From the NCBI GenBank assembly GCA_965223345.1, contig CBDCWG010000007.1, positions 64,001-128,000 of the forward strand: a stretch of DNA of 64,000 bases, read 5' to 3'. The translations under genes were made by a program, and so were the position numbers. The DNA is from Nitrospinales bacterium. GTDB lineage: Bacteria > Nitrospinota > Nitrospinia > Nitrospinales > VA-1. How positions within the stretch are numbered: position 1 is the stretch's first letter; each line of letters begins with the position of its first letter. Positions 54,363 to 64,000 of this stretch are shown piece by piece. Under the pieces are notes generated by a model. The model saw only the letters and a program-made list of their open reading frames with translations. It did not search any database and was not told where the DNA came from.

Positions 54363-55238
54363 ATGAACATCTTACCCCAGGACAAAGAGATCCCGACCAC
54401 CGAGCCGAAGACGCCGCGGTTTCTGATCGGCGTGCGGCTGAGGAACCGGGAAAAAACCCGGCAGTTCGATCCCGGCAGCCTGAAACTCCGGGTGGGCGCC
54501 GAGGTGGTGGTCGAATCCAAGCACGGCACGGAGATGGGCGTCGTCGCTTCGAACAAGGTCGCCAATTTCCGCAAGGACGACTGCAAAAACGTCAGCCGGG
54601 TCCTTCGCATTGCCAACGAAAACGACTATCAGGCGGAAGCGCGCCGGGAAAACCTGGAGCGCCGGGCGAAAAAGCTGTGCTCCGAGAAGATCGAGGAATT
54701 GAATCTGCCGATGAACCTGAGCCGGGTGGTGCACGTGCCCGGATCGAACAAGACGATCTTCTTTTTCACGGCGGAAGGCCGGGTGGATTTCCGCCAGCTG
54801 ATCAAGGAGCTGGCCTCGCGACTGCGGCACCGCATCGAAATGAAACAGGTGGGCGTGCGCGACGAGGCGCGGGAGATCGGCGGCAACGGCATCTGCGGCG
54901 AATCGCTGTGCTGCGCCACCTTTCTCAAGGATTTTTCCCCGGTGACGATCCGCATGGCCAAGGATCAGGGGCTCGCGCTCAACCCCAGCAAGATTTCGGG
55001 CGTGTGCGGCCGGCTGATGTGCTGCCTGCAATACGAACACAACACGTACAAAAACCTCATCAAGGGGCTTCCCAAACTGGGCAGCCGCCTGGAAACGCCG
55101 GACGGACCGGGCAAAGTGCTGAAGCACGAAATCCTGGACCAGAAAGTCATGGTCCGGCTGGAGGACGAGAGCATCCTGGTCTACCATCTCGATGAATTGA
55201 AGGAACGCCCGAAGGCCAGACAGGGCGAACCCTCCTGA
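54363..55238 (+). CDS. PSP1/YaaT (RicT-like) protein
   Basis: AEGRVDFRQL, GVRDEA, GICGESLCC, KISGVCGRLMCCLQYE. Confidence 0.9.
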   Translation: MNILPQDKEIPTTEPKTPRFLIGVRLRNREKTRQFDPGSLKLRVGAEVVVESKHGTEMGVVASNKVANFRKDDCKNVSRVLRIANENDYQAEARRENLERRAKKLCSEKIEELNLPMNLSRVVHVPGSNKTIFFFTAEGRVDFRQLIKELASRLRHRIEMKQVGVRDEAREIGGNGICGESLCCATFLKDFSPVTIRMAKDQGLALNPSKISGVCGRLMCCLQYEHNTYKNLIKGLPKLGSRLETPDGPGKVLKHEILDQKVMVRLEDESILVYHLDELKERPKARQGEPS

Positions 55239-55256
55239 AGGATCGATCCACACTCC

Positions 55257-57206
55257 ATGAGCGACAACGCAAAAAAATTCTACGTGACCACACCGATTTA
55301 CTACGTGAACGACGTGCCGCACATCGGGCACGCGTACACCACCATCGCGGCCGATGTGATCGCGCGCTACAAAAAGCTCGACGGCCATGAGGTGTTCTTT
55401 CTCACCGGCACCGACGAACACGGGCAGAAGGTGCATCAGGCGGCGAAGGATCTGGGCGTCTCGGCGCAGGAACACGTGGACAAATTGAATGGGCGCTTCA
55501 AGGAGCTCTGGGTGCGCCTCAACATCACGAACAACGATTTCATCCGCACCACCGAGGAGCGGCACAAAAAGGTGGTGCGCGAAATCCTCACCGATCTGTA
55601 CGAGCGCAAGGAGATCTACAAGGACACTTACGAGGGCTGGTACTGCACGCCGGACGAGCGGTTCTGGACGGAGAAGGACCTGGTCAACGGCAACTGCCCG
55701 GAATGCGGCCGCAAGGTGGACAAGATCCGCGAGCACAATTATTTTTTCAAGATGGGGCAGCACCGCGACTGGCTCGCAGATCACATCAAAAACAACGAGC
55801 ACTTCATCCTGCCGGCTTCGCGGCGCAACGAGGTGCTGGGTTTTCTGAACAAGCCGCTGGAGGATCTGTGCATCTCGCGGCCGGTGGAGCGGATGCCCTG
55901 GGGCATCCCCCTGCCCTTCGACGAAAAATACGTCACCTACGTCTGGTTCGACGCGCTCATCAACTACATCTCGATCTTCGGCTCGCCCGATGCGATCCGC
56001 AGTTCGGGCTTCTGGCCGGCCGACCACCACCTGGTGGGCAAGGACATCCTCACCACGCACGCGGTGTACTGGTCCACCATGCTGAAAGCGATCGGGCTGG
56101 ACCTGCCGAAAAACATCTTCGCACACGGCTGGTGGACGGTGAACGGGCAGAAGATGTCGAAATCGCTGCGCAATGTGGTGGAACCCAACCTGCTGATCGA
56201 TCAGTTCGGCGTGGACGTGATCCGCTACTTCCTCATGCGCGAGGTGCCGTTCGGCCTGGACGGGGACTTTTCGCACAAGGCGCTGATCGGCAGGCAGAAC
56301 AGCGATCTCGCCAACAACCTGGGCAACTGCCTCAACCGCACCGTCAAGATGATGCACAAGTATTTCGACAACGGCGTAATCCCGGAACCCGGCGAGAGCG
56401 GCCCGGAGGACGCCGGCCTCAAAGACACCGCCGCCAGGACGGTGGCGGAGGTGAAAAAACTCTACGACGATCTGGCGTACAACAAGATCCTCACGGAAAT
56501 CTGGATCCTGGTGGACGCGACGAACCAGTACATCGACAAGGCGGGTCCCTGGAACCTGGTGAAGACCGAAGAAGGCAAACAGCGCCTCAAGACGGTGATG
56601 TACAACGCCGCCGAATCGCTGCGCGTCGTGGCGATGCTGATCTATCCGTTCATGCCGCAGTCGGCCGAGAGCATGATGCAGCAGCTCGGCGTCGAAACGC
56701 CGATCGATAAACAGGGCATGGCTTCGGTGGAACAATGGGGCGGATTGCCCTCCGGCAAGCCCACGAAACCCGGTGCGCAACTGTTCCCGCGCATCGACGA
56801 CAAGGCCGCGGCGAAGCTGCTGGCGGCGGCGGGAGCGGACGAAAAACCCCAGGCGCCCGCGAAAAAACCGGAAGCGCAGGACGGCCAGGTTTCGATCGAC
56901 GATTTCATGAAGATCGATCTGCGCACCGGCACCATCGTGGAAGCGGAGAAGGTGAAAAAATCGCGCAAGCTGGTCAAGCTGCAGGTGGACATCGGCAGCG
57001 AGACGCGGCAGGTGGTGGCGGGCATCGCCGAAGCCTACGAGCCGCAGGACCTGGTGGGCAAGACCATCATCCTGGTGGCCAACCTGAAACCGGCGAAGCT
57101 GATGGGCATCGAATCGCAGGGCATGGTGCTGGCGGCGAGCGACGACGACAAAGTGCTGCTGGCCGGGTTCGCAGAAGAACCGGCGAAAGGAGTCCGCGTC
57201 AAATGA
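55257..57206 (+). CDS. metG: Methionine-tRNA ligase with C-terminal tRNA-binding domain
   Basis: HIGH, GTDEHG, YVWFDAL, KMSKS, NLKPAKLMGIESQGM. Confidence 0.98.
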   Translation: MSDNAKKFYVTTPIYYVNDVPHIGHAYTTIAADVIARYKKLDGHEVFFLTGTDEHGQKVHQAAKDLGVSAQEHVDKLNGRFKELWVRLNITNNDFIRTTEERHKKVVREILTDLYERKEIYKDTYEGWYCTPDERFWTEKDLVNGNCPECGRKVDKIREHNYFFKMGQHRDWLADHIKNNEHFILPASRRNEVLGFLNKPLEDLCISRPVERMPWGIPLPFDEKYVTYVWFDALINYISIFGSPDAIRSSGFWPADHHLVGKDILTTHAVYWSTMLKAIGLDLPKNIFAHGWWTVNGQKMSKSLRNVVEPNLLIDQFGVDVIRYFLMREVPFGLDGDFSHKALIGRQNSDLANNLGNCLNRTVKMMHKYFDNGVIPEPGESGPEDAGLKDTAARTVAEVKKLYDDLAYNKILTEIWILVDATNQYIDKAGPWNLVKTEEGKQRLKTVMYNAAESLRVVAMLIYPFMPQSAESMMQQLGVETPIDKQGMASVEQWGGLPSGKPTKPGAQLFPRIDDKAAAKLLAAAGADEKPQAPAKKPEAQDGQVSIDDFMKIDLRTGTIVEAEKVKKSRKLVKLQVDIGSETRQVVAGIAEAYEPQDLVGKTIILVANLKPAKLMGIESQGMVLAASDDDKVLLAGFAEEPAKGVRVK

Positions 57207-58594
57207 CGATCGACACGCACGCCCATCTGGACATGGATTCCTTCGACACCGACCGGCAGGAGGTGATCCAAAGGGCCCAGGAACAGGGCGTGGATTACAT
57301 CCTCAACATCGGCTGCGACGTGGAAAGCAGCGTCCGCTCGCTGGAGCTGGCCGAGCGCTACGATTTCATCTACGCCACGGCGGGGGTGCACCCGCACGAC
57401 GTCAAGTCGATCAACGGCACCACCTACGCGGACCTCAAGCGGTTGCTCGCGCACCCGAAGATGATCGCGGTGGGAGAGATCGGGCTGGATTTTTATAAGA
57501 ACTACTCGCCGCAGGACATGCAGAAAGAGCACCTGCGCAAGCAGATGCAATTGGCGAAAGAGGTGGACAAGCCCATCATCGTGCACTGCCGCGACGCCAA
57601 GGAGGACATGATCGCCATCCTGTCCGAGTATTACCCGGTGAACGAGAAGGCCCGATCGGGCATCTTTCACTGCTTCTCGGGCGATCAGGAACTGGCGGAA
57701 GCGGCGCTGGAACGCGGCTTCTACATTTCGTTTTCCGGATCGGTGACGTTCAAAAAATCCGACGAACTGCGCGAGGTGGCGAAGACGATCCCGGCGGACC
57801 GGCTGTTCGCCGAGACGGACTGCCCCTACCTTGCGCCGGTGCCCAAGCGCGGCAAGCGCAACGAACCGGCGTACGTGAACTTCACCACCGAACACCTGGC
57901 CGAGATCCGCGGGCTCAGGCTGGAGGATGTCAAGCGCACGATGGAGCTGAACTTTTTCGAGCTGTTCGGCATCGGCAAAAACGCCCCGATGGGCACGGTC
58001 TCCTATCAGATCCGCAACTCGCTGTATCTCAACCTGACGACGCGGTGTACCAACGACTGCGTGTTCTGCTCGCGCCTGACCCGGCCGGTGGTGCAGGGCT
58101 ACAACCTCAAGCTGGAGCGCGAACCGTCCGCAGAGGAAGTGTGGGCGGCGATCGACGACCCGGCGAAATACGATGAAGTGGTGTTCTGCGGTTACGGCGA
58201 GCCGACGCTCAGGCTGAACGTCATCAAGGAAGTGGCGAAAAAGATCAAGGACGCCGGCGGCCGCGTGCGGCTCAACACCAACGGCCACGGCAACGTCATC
58301 AACAAGCGCAACATCCTGCCGGAACTGGCCGGACTGGTGGACGAGGTGTCGGTGAGCCTCAACACCGACACCGGCGATGCTTACGATGAGATCTGCCGGC
58401 CGCTGCCGGGATTCCGCAACGGCATCTACGGCAAGATCAAGGAATTCATCGCGGAGGCCAAGATTCACATCCCCAAGGTGCAGGCCACGATCGTGACGCA
58501 GCAGGAAGGCGTGGACGAAACGGTCTGCGAGGACATCGTCAAAAAAGAATTCGGCGTGGACTACCGGGCCCGGCGCTACAACCTGGTCGGATGA
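57203..58594 (+). CDS. tatD: TatD nuclease fused to a TatD-associated radical SAM domain
   Basis: IDTHAH, GVHPH, GEIGLD, HCFSG, ETDCPYL, RNEP; then CTNDCVFC and FCGYGEPT; ATGA overlap with metG. Confidence 0.9.
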   Translation: MTIDTHAHLDMDSFDTDRQEVIQRAQEQGVDYILNIGCDVESSVRSLELAERYDFIYATAGVHPHDVKSINGTTYADLKRLLAHPKMIAVGEIGLDFYKNYSPQDMQKEHLRKQMQLAKEVDKPIIVHCRDAKEDMIAILSEYYPVNEKARSGIFHCFSGDQELAEAALERGFYISFSGSVTFKKSDELREVAKTIPADRLFAETDCPYLAPVPKRGKRNEPAYVNFTTEHLAEIRGLRLEDVKRTMELNFFELFGIGKNAPMGTVSYQIRNSLYLNLTTRCTNDCVFCSRLTRPVVQGYNLKLEREPSAEEVWAAIDDPAKYDEVVFCGYGEPTLRLNVIKEVAKKIKDAGGRVRLNTNGHGNVINKRNILPELAGLVDEVSVSLNTDTGDAYDEICRPLPGFRNGIYGKIKEFIAEAKIHIPKVQATIVTQQEGVDETVCEDIVKKEFGVDYRARRYNLVG

Positions 58595-59076
58595 GCGTTC
58601 CCGAGGCGGGGCCGGACTCCCCGCAAGCAGGAGGTCCCATGAATCCCGATGAGCAGCCCCTCTCCCCTGCCCCGAAAGCGCGCGGCGTCGGCTGGATCTC
58701 TCTGGGAGCCCTCTTCGGCGGGCTGAGCGTGATGCTGGGGGCGTTCGGCGCGCATTCCCTCAAAGAGCGCCTGACCGAAAAGAGTCTCGCCACCTTTCAC
58801 ACCGCAACCGATTACCTCGCCTACCACGCCATCGCCATCGTGCTGGTGGGCATCCTTTCGTTGATGCTCGGCGAACGCGGGCACCGGGCGCTGAAAAAAG
58901 TCGGCCTGTTTTTCACCGCGGGCATCCTGCTTTTTTCCGGCAGCCTGTACGCCCTCGCCTTCGACGGACCGCGCTTTTTCGGCCCCGTCACCCCCTTCGG
59001 CGGCCTCTGCTTCATGATCGGCTGGTTCACCTTGGCCGTCACCCTCGCCAAAAACTTCCGCTCGAAACGGGATTAA
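58591..59076 (+). CDS. DUF423 (YgdD/TMEM256) membrane protein
   Basis: LGAFGAH, FSGSLY, TPFGG. Confidence 0.88.
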   Translation: MSVPEAGPDSPQAGGPMNPDEQPLSPAPKARGVGWISLGALFGGLSVMLGAFGAHSLKERLTEKSLATFHTATDYLAYHAIAIVLVGILSLMLGERGHRALKKVGLFFTAGILLFSGSLYALAFDGPRFFGPVTPFGGLCFMIGWFTLAVTLAKNFRSKRD

Positions 59077-59121
59077 AATTCTAAAAAAGCCCGCAAACCT
59101 TTTTTGGGTATTTAAATTTAG

Positions 59122-60069
59122 ATGTCGAAAGACAGCCCAGATATTCTCCAATGCCCCTGTCAAGAAATCCACAAGGTTGAGCATGATGATATCTTGTTAA
59201 AACTTGAAAAAATTAGGGAAACTTGTCCTGCTTTAAAAAGCATCCTCATCCCCGATCGTGGATGGCATGAATATAAAAATTGGCATAAAAAAGATGACAC
59301 GGTGGCATTTCATAGATCAATTCTACTTATGGGCTTGAAAGATGGTTTTTTAGGAAACATAACAATTCTAATCCATAAATATTGTTTAGATAAACACGAC
59401 ATAAATCCCAATGTAAAAAAGCAATACATTAAAGACCTAGAGGAAAAATGGTTTAGCAAAACTGATTATAAAGAGCGACACAAAAAGTACCGAATTTTTA
59501 TGGGCAAAATTGTTGAGTTAGCTTTTTCAAATTGGCTAGAAAGTAAGGAATACACCATATCAAACTTAGAGGCGTGGAGTGGGCAATATGACATAACTGC
59601 CTACAAGGAAAAGTTGACCTATAATTTTGAGATAAAGTTTATCGGGCAGGAAGATGAGGATTTTAAGCACATTGTAAATAATCTTCGAGGAGGAACCTCT
59701 GTAGGTGGCGTTTCCCCTTATATAGCAGCAAACTTTCTCCTTTTTAGAGTATATGAGGCTGCTAAACAATTAGAGAATGCAAAAGGACCTGAACATCGAG
59801 TTGCAACAATAATTATTGATGGAATGGCTTTTCCATATTTTAAAATTCTAATATTGGATCATTGGATCGATTGGTTTGAGCATCCGACTTTTAATGAAAC
59901 TAGTGATCCAACTTGGGAGGAGTTTATTGCATCTCAACGGAGCAAAAAATACCCCGATATTGATCATGAATTGCCAGAATTACTAAAAAAATTATCTGCG
60001 ATAAAAATAATGAAAATAAATGGGTTCCAACTTGAAGAAGTAATTAAGTACAAAAACCCAAATATATAA
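59122..60069 (+). CDS. AT-rich hypothetical protein with putative PD-(D/E)xK nuclease motif
   Basis: VELAFSNWL...QYDITA...FEIKFI; strongly AT-rich relative to flanks. Confidence 0.65.
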   Translation: MSKDSPDILQCPCQEIHKVEHDDILLKLEKIRETCPALKSILIPDRGWHEYKNWHKKDDTVAFHRSILLMGLKDGFLGNITILIHKYCLDKHDINPNVKKQYIKDLEEKWFSKTDYKERHKKYRIFMGKIVELAFSNWLESKEYTISNLEAWSGQYDITAYKEKLTYNFEIKFIGQEDEDFKHIVNNLRGGTSVGGVSPYIAANFLLFRVYEAAKQLENAKGPEHRVATIIIDGMAFPYFKILILDHWIDWFEHPTFNETSDPTWEEFIASQRSKKYPDIDHELPELLKKLSAIKIMKINGFQLEEVIKYKNPNI

Positions 60070-60101
60070 ATCCCCAAATATTTACATTCCTCTTCTTCTA
60101 T

Positions 60102-60929
60102 TCACCCCCTGAATCTAAACTTCACGCCCCACTTTCTGTAGGCGAGATAGAGCGCCAGCGACATGAGGCTGAGCACCAAAAGGTGCGGGCCGAGGAAGGC
60201 GGCGTTCCAGATGGGGCCGAAGCGCAGCTCGCCGCGCACTTCGCCGGTGTAGTGCTTGAGCATCTCGGCGTATTCGATCATCAGGTGCACGGGGTAGTTC
60301 ACTTCATGGCTCTCGGGGGTTCGCTCGACGGGAACCTCGAACAGCTTCTGCTCACCGCCGCGCAGGGTGAAGCCCACCATTCCCTTGAAGGTGTCGGCGA
60401 CCAGGCCGGGCGGCATGAGCAGCATCAGCCGCACATTCTTGAGCGCCGGGGACTGGTTCGTTAAAAGGATCTTCAGCCGCGTCTCACCGCTTTCCTCCAC
60501 GCTTTCGATCTTTCCTGCCACCTGCGATTCCACCTGCTCGCGGTAATAAAACGAATCGGTGTGAATCAGGCTTTGCGATGTTTTGTCTGAGGGCTGGTTG
60601 CGGTAGTGCACCATGGCGATCAGCGGATAGCGCCCGACGCTGCGCACCGGCGGATGGTCGGAATTTTTCATCGTGATGGACTGGCCGGGGTCGAGTTTGC
60701 GGAGATGGGTCAGCATGGCCATGGTGTGGTGGAAATGGATCATGGGGTGCACGTGGTGCAGGGTCCGGTCGCTGCGGTTTTCCAGGGTCAGAAACACGTG
60801 CACCTTTCCCTCTTCGCTGACCTGGGTCTGGGTGGAAATGTGCAGGGGGGCTGTGTTCGCCCAAGCCGGCTTTATCGGAACGGCGGCGCAAACGAAAAGG
60901 AGGCCTGCGCCTAAAGCTAGGATTTTCAT
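60102..60929 (-). CDS. Hypothetical exported protein with C-terminal membrane anchor
   Basis: Signal peptide, two beta-sandwich-like halves, C-terminal TM followed by basic residues. Confidence 0.7.
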   Translation of the reverse strand: MKILALGAGLLFVCAAVPIKPAWANTAPLHISTQTQVSEEGKVHVFLTLENRSDRTLHHVHPMIHFHHTMAMLTHLRKLDPGQSITMKNSDHPPVRSVGRYPLIAMVHYRNQPSDKTSQSLIHTDSFYYREQVESQVAGKIESVEESGETRLKILLTNQSPALKNVRLMLLMPPGLVADTFKGMVGFTLRGGEQKLFEVPVERTPESHEVNYPVHLMIEYAEMLKHYTGEVRGELRFGPIWNAAFLGPHLLVLSLMSLALYLAYRKWGVKFRFRG

Positions 60930-61043
60930 GATATTTCATCCTTCATTGGCGGATTTTCTGGCGCCCCTTATTTTAGCATGGAAAAAATAAAACCTGCTAT
61001 GATGGTAGCGTCGATTCCGGAACCATTCTAAAGGAGAGGTCTT

Positions 61044-61808
61044 ATGGAAGGTCTAATGACATTGTTGATTCTCCTGGGCATATTGCTCTTCAGCGCCTTC
61101 AAGATCCTGCGCGAGTACGAGAGGGGGGTGATCTTTCTTCTGGGTAAATTCTGGAAAGTGAAGGGACCGGGCCTGATCCTTGTCATCCCTTTCGTTCAGA
61201 AAATGGTCAAGGTGAGCCTGCGGACGGTGGTCATGGACGTTCCGCCTCAGGATATCATCACCAAGGACAACGTGACGGTGAAGGTGAACGCCGTGGTGTA
61301 TTTCCGGGTGATCGACCCGCAGAAGGCCATCATCGAGGTGGAGGATTTTCTCTACGCCACCTCGCAGCTGTCGCAGACCACGCTGCGCAGCATATTGGGC
61401 CAGAGCCAGCTCGACGATCTGCTGTCGCGCCGGGACGAGATCAACGCGCATTTGCAGAAGGTGATCGACGATCAGACCGAGCCGTGGGGCGTGAAGGTGG
61501 CCAACGTGGAAGTGAAAAACGTGGACCTGCCGCAGGAGATGCAGCGGGCGCTGGCCAAGCAGGCGGAAGCGGAACGCGAACGGCGCGCTAAGGTGATCAA
61601 CGCGCAGGGCGAATACGAAGCGGCGGAGAAGATCAGCGCGGCGGCGGACCGGATCGGCGCGCATCCACCGGCGCTGCAGCTCAGGTTCCTGCAGACGCTT
61701 CTGGACATGTCCACCGAACGCAGCACGACCACGTTCGTGCCGATCCCGATGGACCTGTTCAATCAGTTCCAGAAACAATCTCCCGGAAAGGAAAGCCCCG
61801 GCGCCTGA
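61044..61808 (+). CDS. SPFH/stomatin (slipin) family protein
   Basis: [48 protein letters not shown]. Confidence 0.93.
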   Translation: MEGLMTLLILLGILLFSAFKILREYERGVIFLLGKFWKVKGPGLILVIPFVQKMVKVSLRTVVMDVPPQDIITKDNVTVKVNAVVYFRVIDPQKAIIEVEDFLYATSQLSQTTLRSILGQSQLDDLLSRRDEINAHLQKVIDDQTEPWGVKVANVEVKNVDLPQEMQRALAKQAEAERERRAKVINAQGEYEAAEKISAAADRIGAHPPALQLRFLQTLLDMSTERSTTTFVPIPMDLFNQFQKQSPGKESPGA

Positions 61809-61977
61809 GCCCTTCGACGCCAGGCCGGGTTCCCCGCGGCGAACCCCGCCCCCGGCGGAAAGCCTTTAAAACCCCGTTTTTTAAGGTTCCGTGCGGTGAA
61901 GTGCGGCCAGCGGGCGATTGTTTTGGGATTTGTTTTTGAATGTAATACAATGAAGGTGTCCATTTCCGAGTCACTCC

Positions 61978-64000
61978 ATGGAACCCTACTCTGCAATCGA
62001 GAATTTTCTCCGGCGGGTCAAGCAGATCCGGGCGGGGGATCTGTCCCTCAAGGGAATCTACTGGCTGCTCGCGGTCGCGGGTGCGGTGTACCTGGCCGGG
62101 AACCTGCTCGCCTATTTCAACGTCCCTCATCTGCAAACGCTGAAGCTGCCGCTGGCGCTGCTGTTTGTGGCGGTCCTGGGTTACACCATCTACCGGCACC
62201 TGTTCAAGCAGGGGCCCTACGCGCCGTTCACGCTGGACGATGCGGCGTTGCTCACCGAATCCCGGCATCCGGAGCTCAACAACTCCCTGATCAACGCCTC
62301 GCAGCTTTTGCGCCAGCTTTCGGACCCGGGGCGCGAGAGCCAGGTTTCGTTTTCGCTCATTCAGGAGCAGCTGCGCCGGACCCAGAAACAGATCGAAAAC
62401 ATCAATCCCGCATCGGTGGTGGACGATTCGGACAGCGTCCGCAGCCGCTACCTGTTCCTGGGAAGCGCCGCGGCGCTGTTGCTTGCGGTCATGGTGCTGC
62501 CGAATTTTTTATCCCGGGGATACCAGAACTGGATCGCCCCGCCCGCTTCGGAGCCCGCGGCGGCGCTGGCGGTCGCTGAGAAGCCGCAGGAAACCGCGCC
62601 CGCCAAGGCGGTGCGCTCGACCATCGAGGATCTCAAGCTCACCTACCATTTTCCCGCCTACACCGGCAAGAGCAGCAAGGTGATCGACCCTTCGGACGGC
62701 AGCGTCTTCGTGCTGCCGGGGACCGAGGTGCGGGTGGAGGCCAAGGCGGTGCCGGCGGTGCCGGCGGCGGAGCTGGTGCTCAACGGCAAGGACGGCTTTT
62801 CCATGCAGGTGCTCGATGCCGGCCGGCTGCAGGCGCAGATTCTGGTCAAGGAACCCGGCTTTTACCAGTTCAAGGTGAAGGATGCGGACGGCGCCCGCCA
62901 TCTGCTGGCGAAAAAATACGAGATCAATCTGGAAAAAGACAACCCTCCCAGCGTCACGCTGTTCATCGCCAATCCCAAGCCGGTGTATTACGCCAACTCC
63001 AAGGTGGAGCTGTTCTATGAGATTCAGGACGATTACGGCATCCGGGAAATCGAGCTGGTGGCCGTGATCAACGGCAACGCCCTCTCGATTCCGGTCAAGC
63101 GGCTGAAGGAAGGGGAAACGATGGTCAAAGGCAGCTATTCCTGGAATCTGGGCGGCATCGACTTCGGACCCGGGGACGAAGTGCAGTATTACCTGGAGTC
63201 CAAAGACAACGACAACGTGCTCGGGCCGAACATCGGCCAGTCGGAAACCTTCTCCTTCACCATCTTCGATTCGCGCAAGGAGCGGGAAGACCTGATCCTT
63301 TTGCAGGAAGAGCTGACGGAAAAACTCATCGCCCAGCTGGCGGTGAGCCTGGTGGCGGGCAGCGATTTTGTGAAAGGCGGGCCCAAGGATGCGATGCACT
63401 GGAAAAACCATTTCGTCGGCAGCGCGGACGCCCTGATCGAGATCATCGGGCTGGCGCAGCGCATCGAGGAACGGGCCAAGGCGCTGGAGTTTTTCCCGCG
63501 GCCTTATTTCGACTTCCTGAAAAACGTCATTTCCGGTCTGACGCGCATCCGCGACCAGCAGATCGTCATGATCAACCAGATCCAGAACACGGTGATGAAA
63601 ACCACTCCGGTGGCCTACAGCGCGTTTGCGGTGGAGACGCTCAACGAACGGCTGATCACCCACCTGGAAACCGACGTGCTGTTTCTGATCCGCATGACCA
63701 ACCGCCAGAAGCTCGATCAGGTGATGGACCTGGAAAACCAGCTCAACGAGCTGACCCAGTCGCTGCGGGAGGAATTCGAGAAGATCCGCGACAAGAAAGC
63801 GCCGAAGATTCCGGCGGAGCTGAAAGCGAAGATCGACCAGATCAAGGAAACCATGCAGAAGATCATGGAGCAGCTGGCCCGCCAGACCCAGGCGCTGCCC
63901 GATGAGTTCCTCAATGCCGGGGCGTTCAAGAGCCTCGACCTGGACCAGTTTTCCGCATCGCTGGACCGCATCATGGATCTGGCGAACGAAGGCAAAATGG
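61978..64000 (+). CDS. Large membrane protein, DUF4175-like (3' partial; absent from the ORF track because no stop lies in the window)
   Basis: Manual translation MEPYSAIENFL...; three TMs; PAYTG, DDYGI and YYLESKDND...GPN motifs, then coiled coil to the window end. Confidence 0.75.
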   Translation, partial: MEPYSAIENFLRRVKQIRAGDLSLKGIYWLLAVAGAVYLAGNLLAYFNVPHLQTLKLPLALLFVAVLGYTIYRHLFKQGPYAPFTLDDAALLTESRHPELNNSLINASQLLRQLSDPGRESQVSFSLIQEQLRRTQKQIENINPASVVDDSDSVRSRYLFLGSAAALLLAVMVLPNFLSRGYQNWIAPPASEPAAALAVAEKPQETAPAKAVRSTIEDLKLTYHFPAYTGKSSKVIDPSDGSVFVLPGTEVRVEAKAVPAVPAAELVLNGKDGFSMQVLDAGRLQAQILVKEPGFYQFKVKDADGARHLLAKKYEINLEKDNPPSVTLFIANPKPVYYANSKVELFYEIQDDYGIREIELVAVINGNALSIPVKRLKEGETMVKGSYSWNLGGIDFGPGDEVQYYLESKDNDNVLGPNIGQSETFSFTIFDSRKEREDLILLQEELTEKLIAQLAVSLVAGSDFVKGGPKDAMHWKNHFVGSADALIEIIGLAQRIEERAKALEFFPRPYFDFLKNVISGLTRIRDQQIVMINQIQNTVMKTTPVAYSAFAVETLNERLITHLETDVLFLIRMTNRQKLDQVMDLENQLNELTQSLREEFEKIRDKKAPKIPAELKAKIDQIKETMQKIMEQLARQTQALPDEFLNAGAFKSLDLDQFSASLDRIMDLANEGKM

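Noticed and set aside
56735..57202. N-terminal extension of the TatD ORF
   Set aside because: Overlaps metG in another frame; the true start is ATG 57203 just before IDTHAH.

Overview
GC-rich bacterial chromosome segment, mostly housekeeping genes. The gene content (split complex I genes, periplasmic SorAB-type sulfite dehydrogenase, futalosine-type UbiD/MqnL, LRR and DUF1566 proteins, holB-PSP1-metG-tatD cluster) suggests a Nitrospina-like (Nitrospinota) or related organism; this is inference only. It carries partial nuoG plus nuoD, tatA, two class-A PBPs with an LpoA-like activator and a SPOR protein, a sigma54 response regulator, argG, pgi-tal-glk, hemB, birA, a DnaJ-class chaperone, uvrA, a complete F1Fo ATP synthase operon, a ferredoxin, holB-PSP1-metG-tatD/radical SAM, a slipin and a partial DUF4175-like gene. 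No rRNA, tRNA, CRISPR array, integrase or transposase was recognised. Most notable: sorAB nested and translationally coupled between oppB and oppC; two compensating 1-nt indels scrambling about 23 codons of atpD; three copies of a covarying REP-like hairpin; an orphan Rap1a-type immunity gene coupled to a lipoprotein; two AT-rich solitary inserts (one PD-(D/E)xK-like); a PDZ-less DUF512-like radical SAM operon behind a MerR-style promoter; an XRE regulator with a histone-like tail; and a consensus sigma54 promoter ahead of an unknown gene. All family assignments come from motif recognition by eye, with no database searches.
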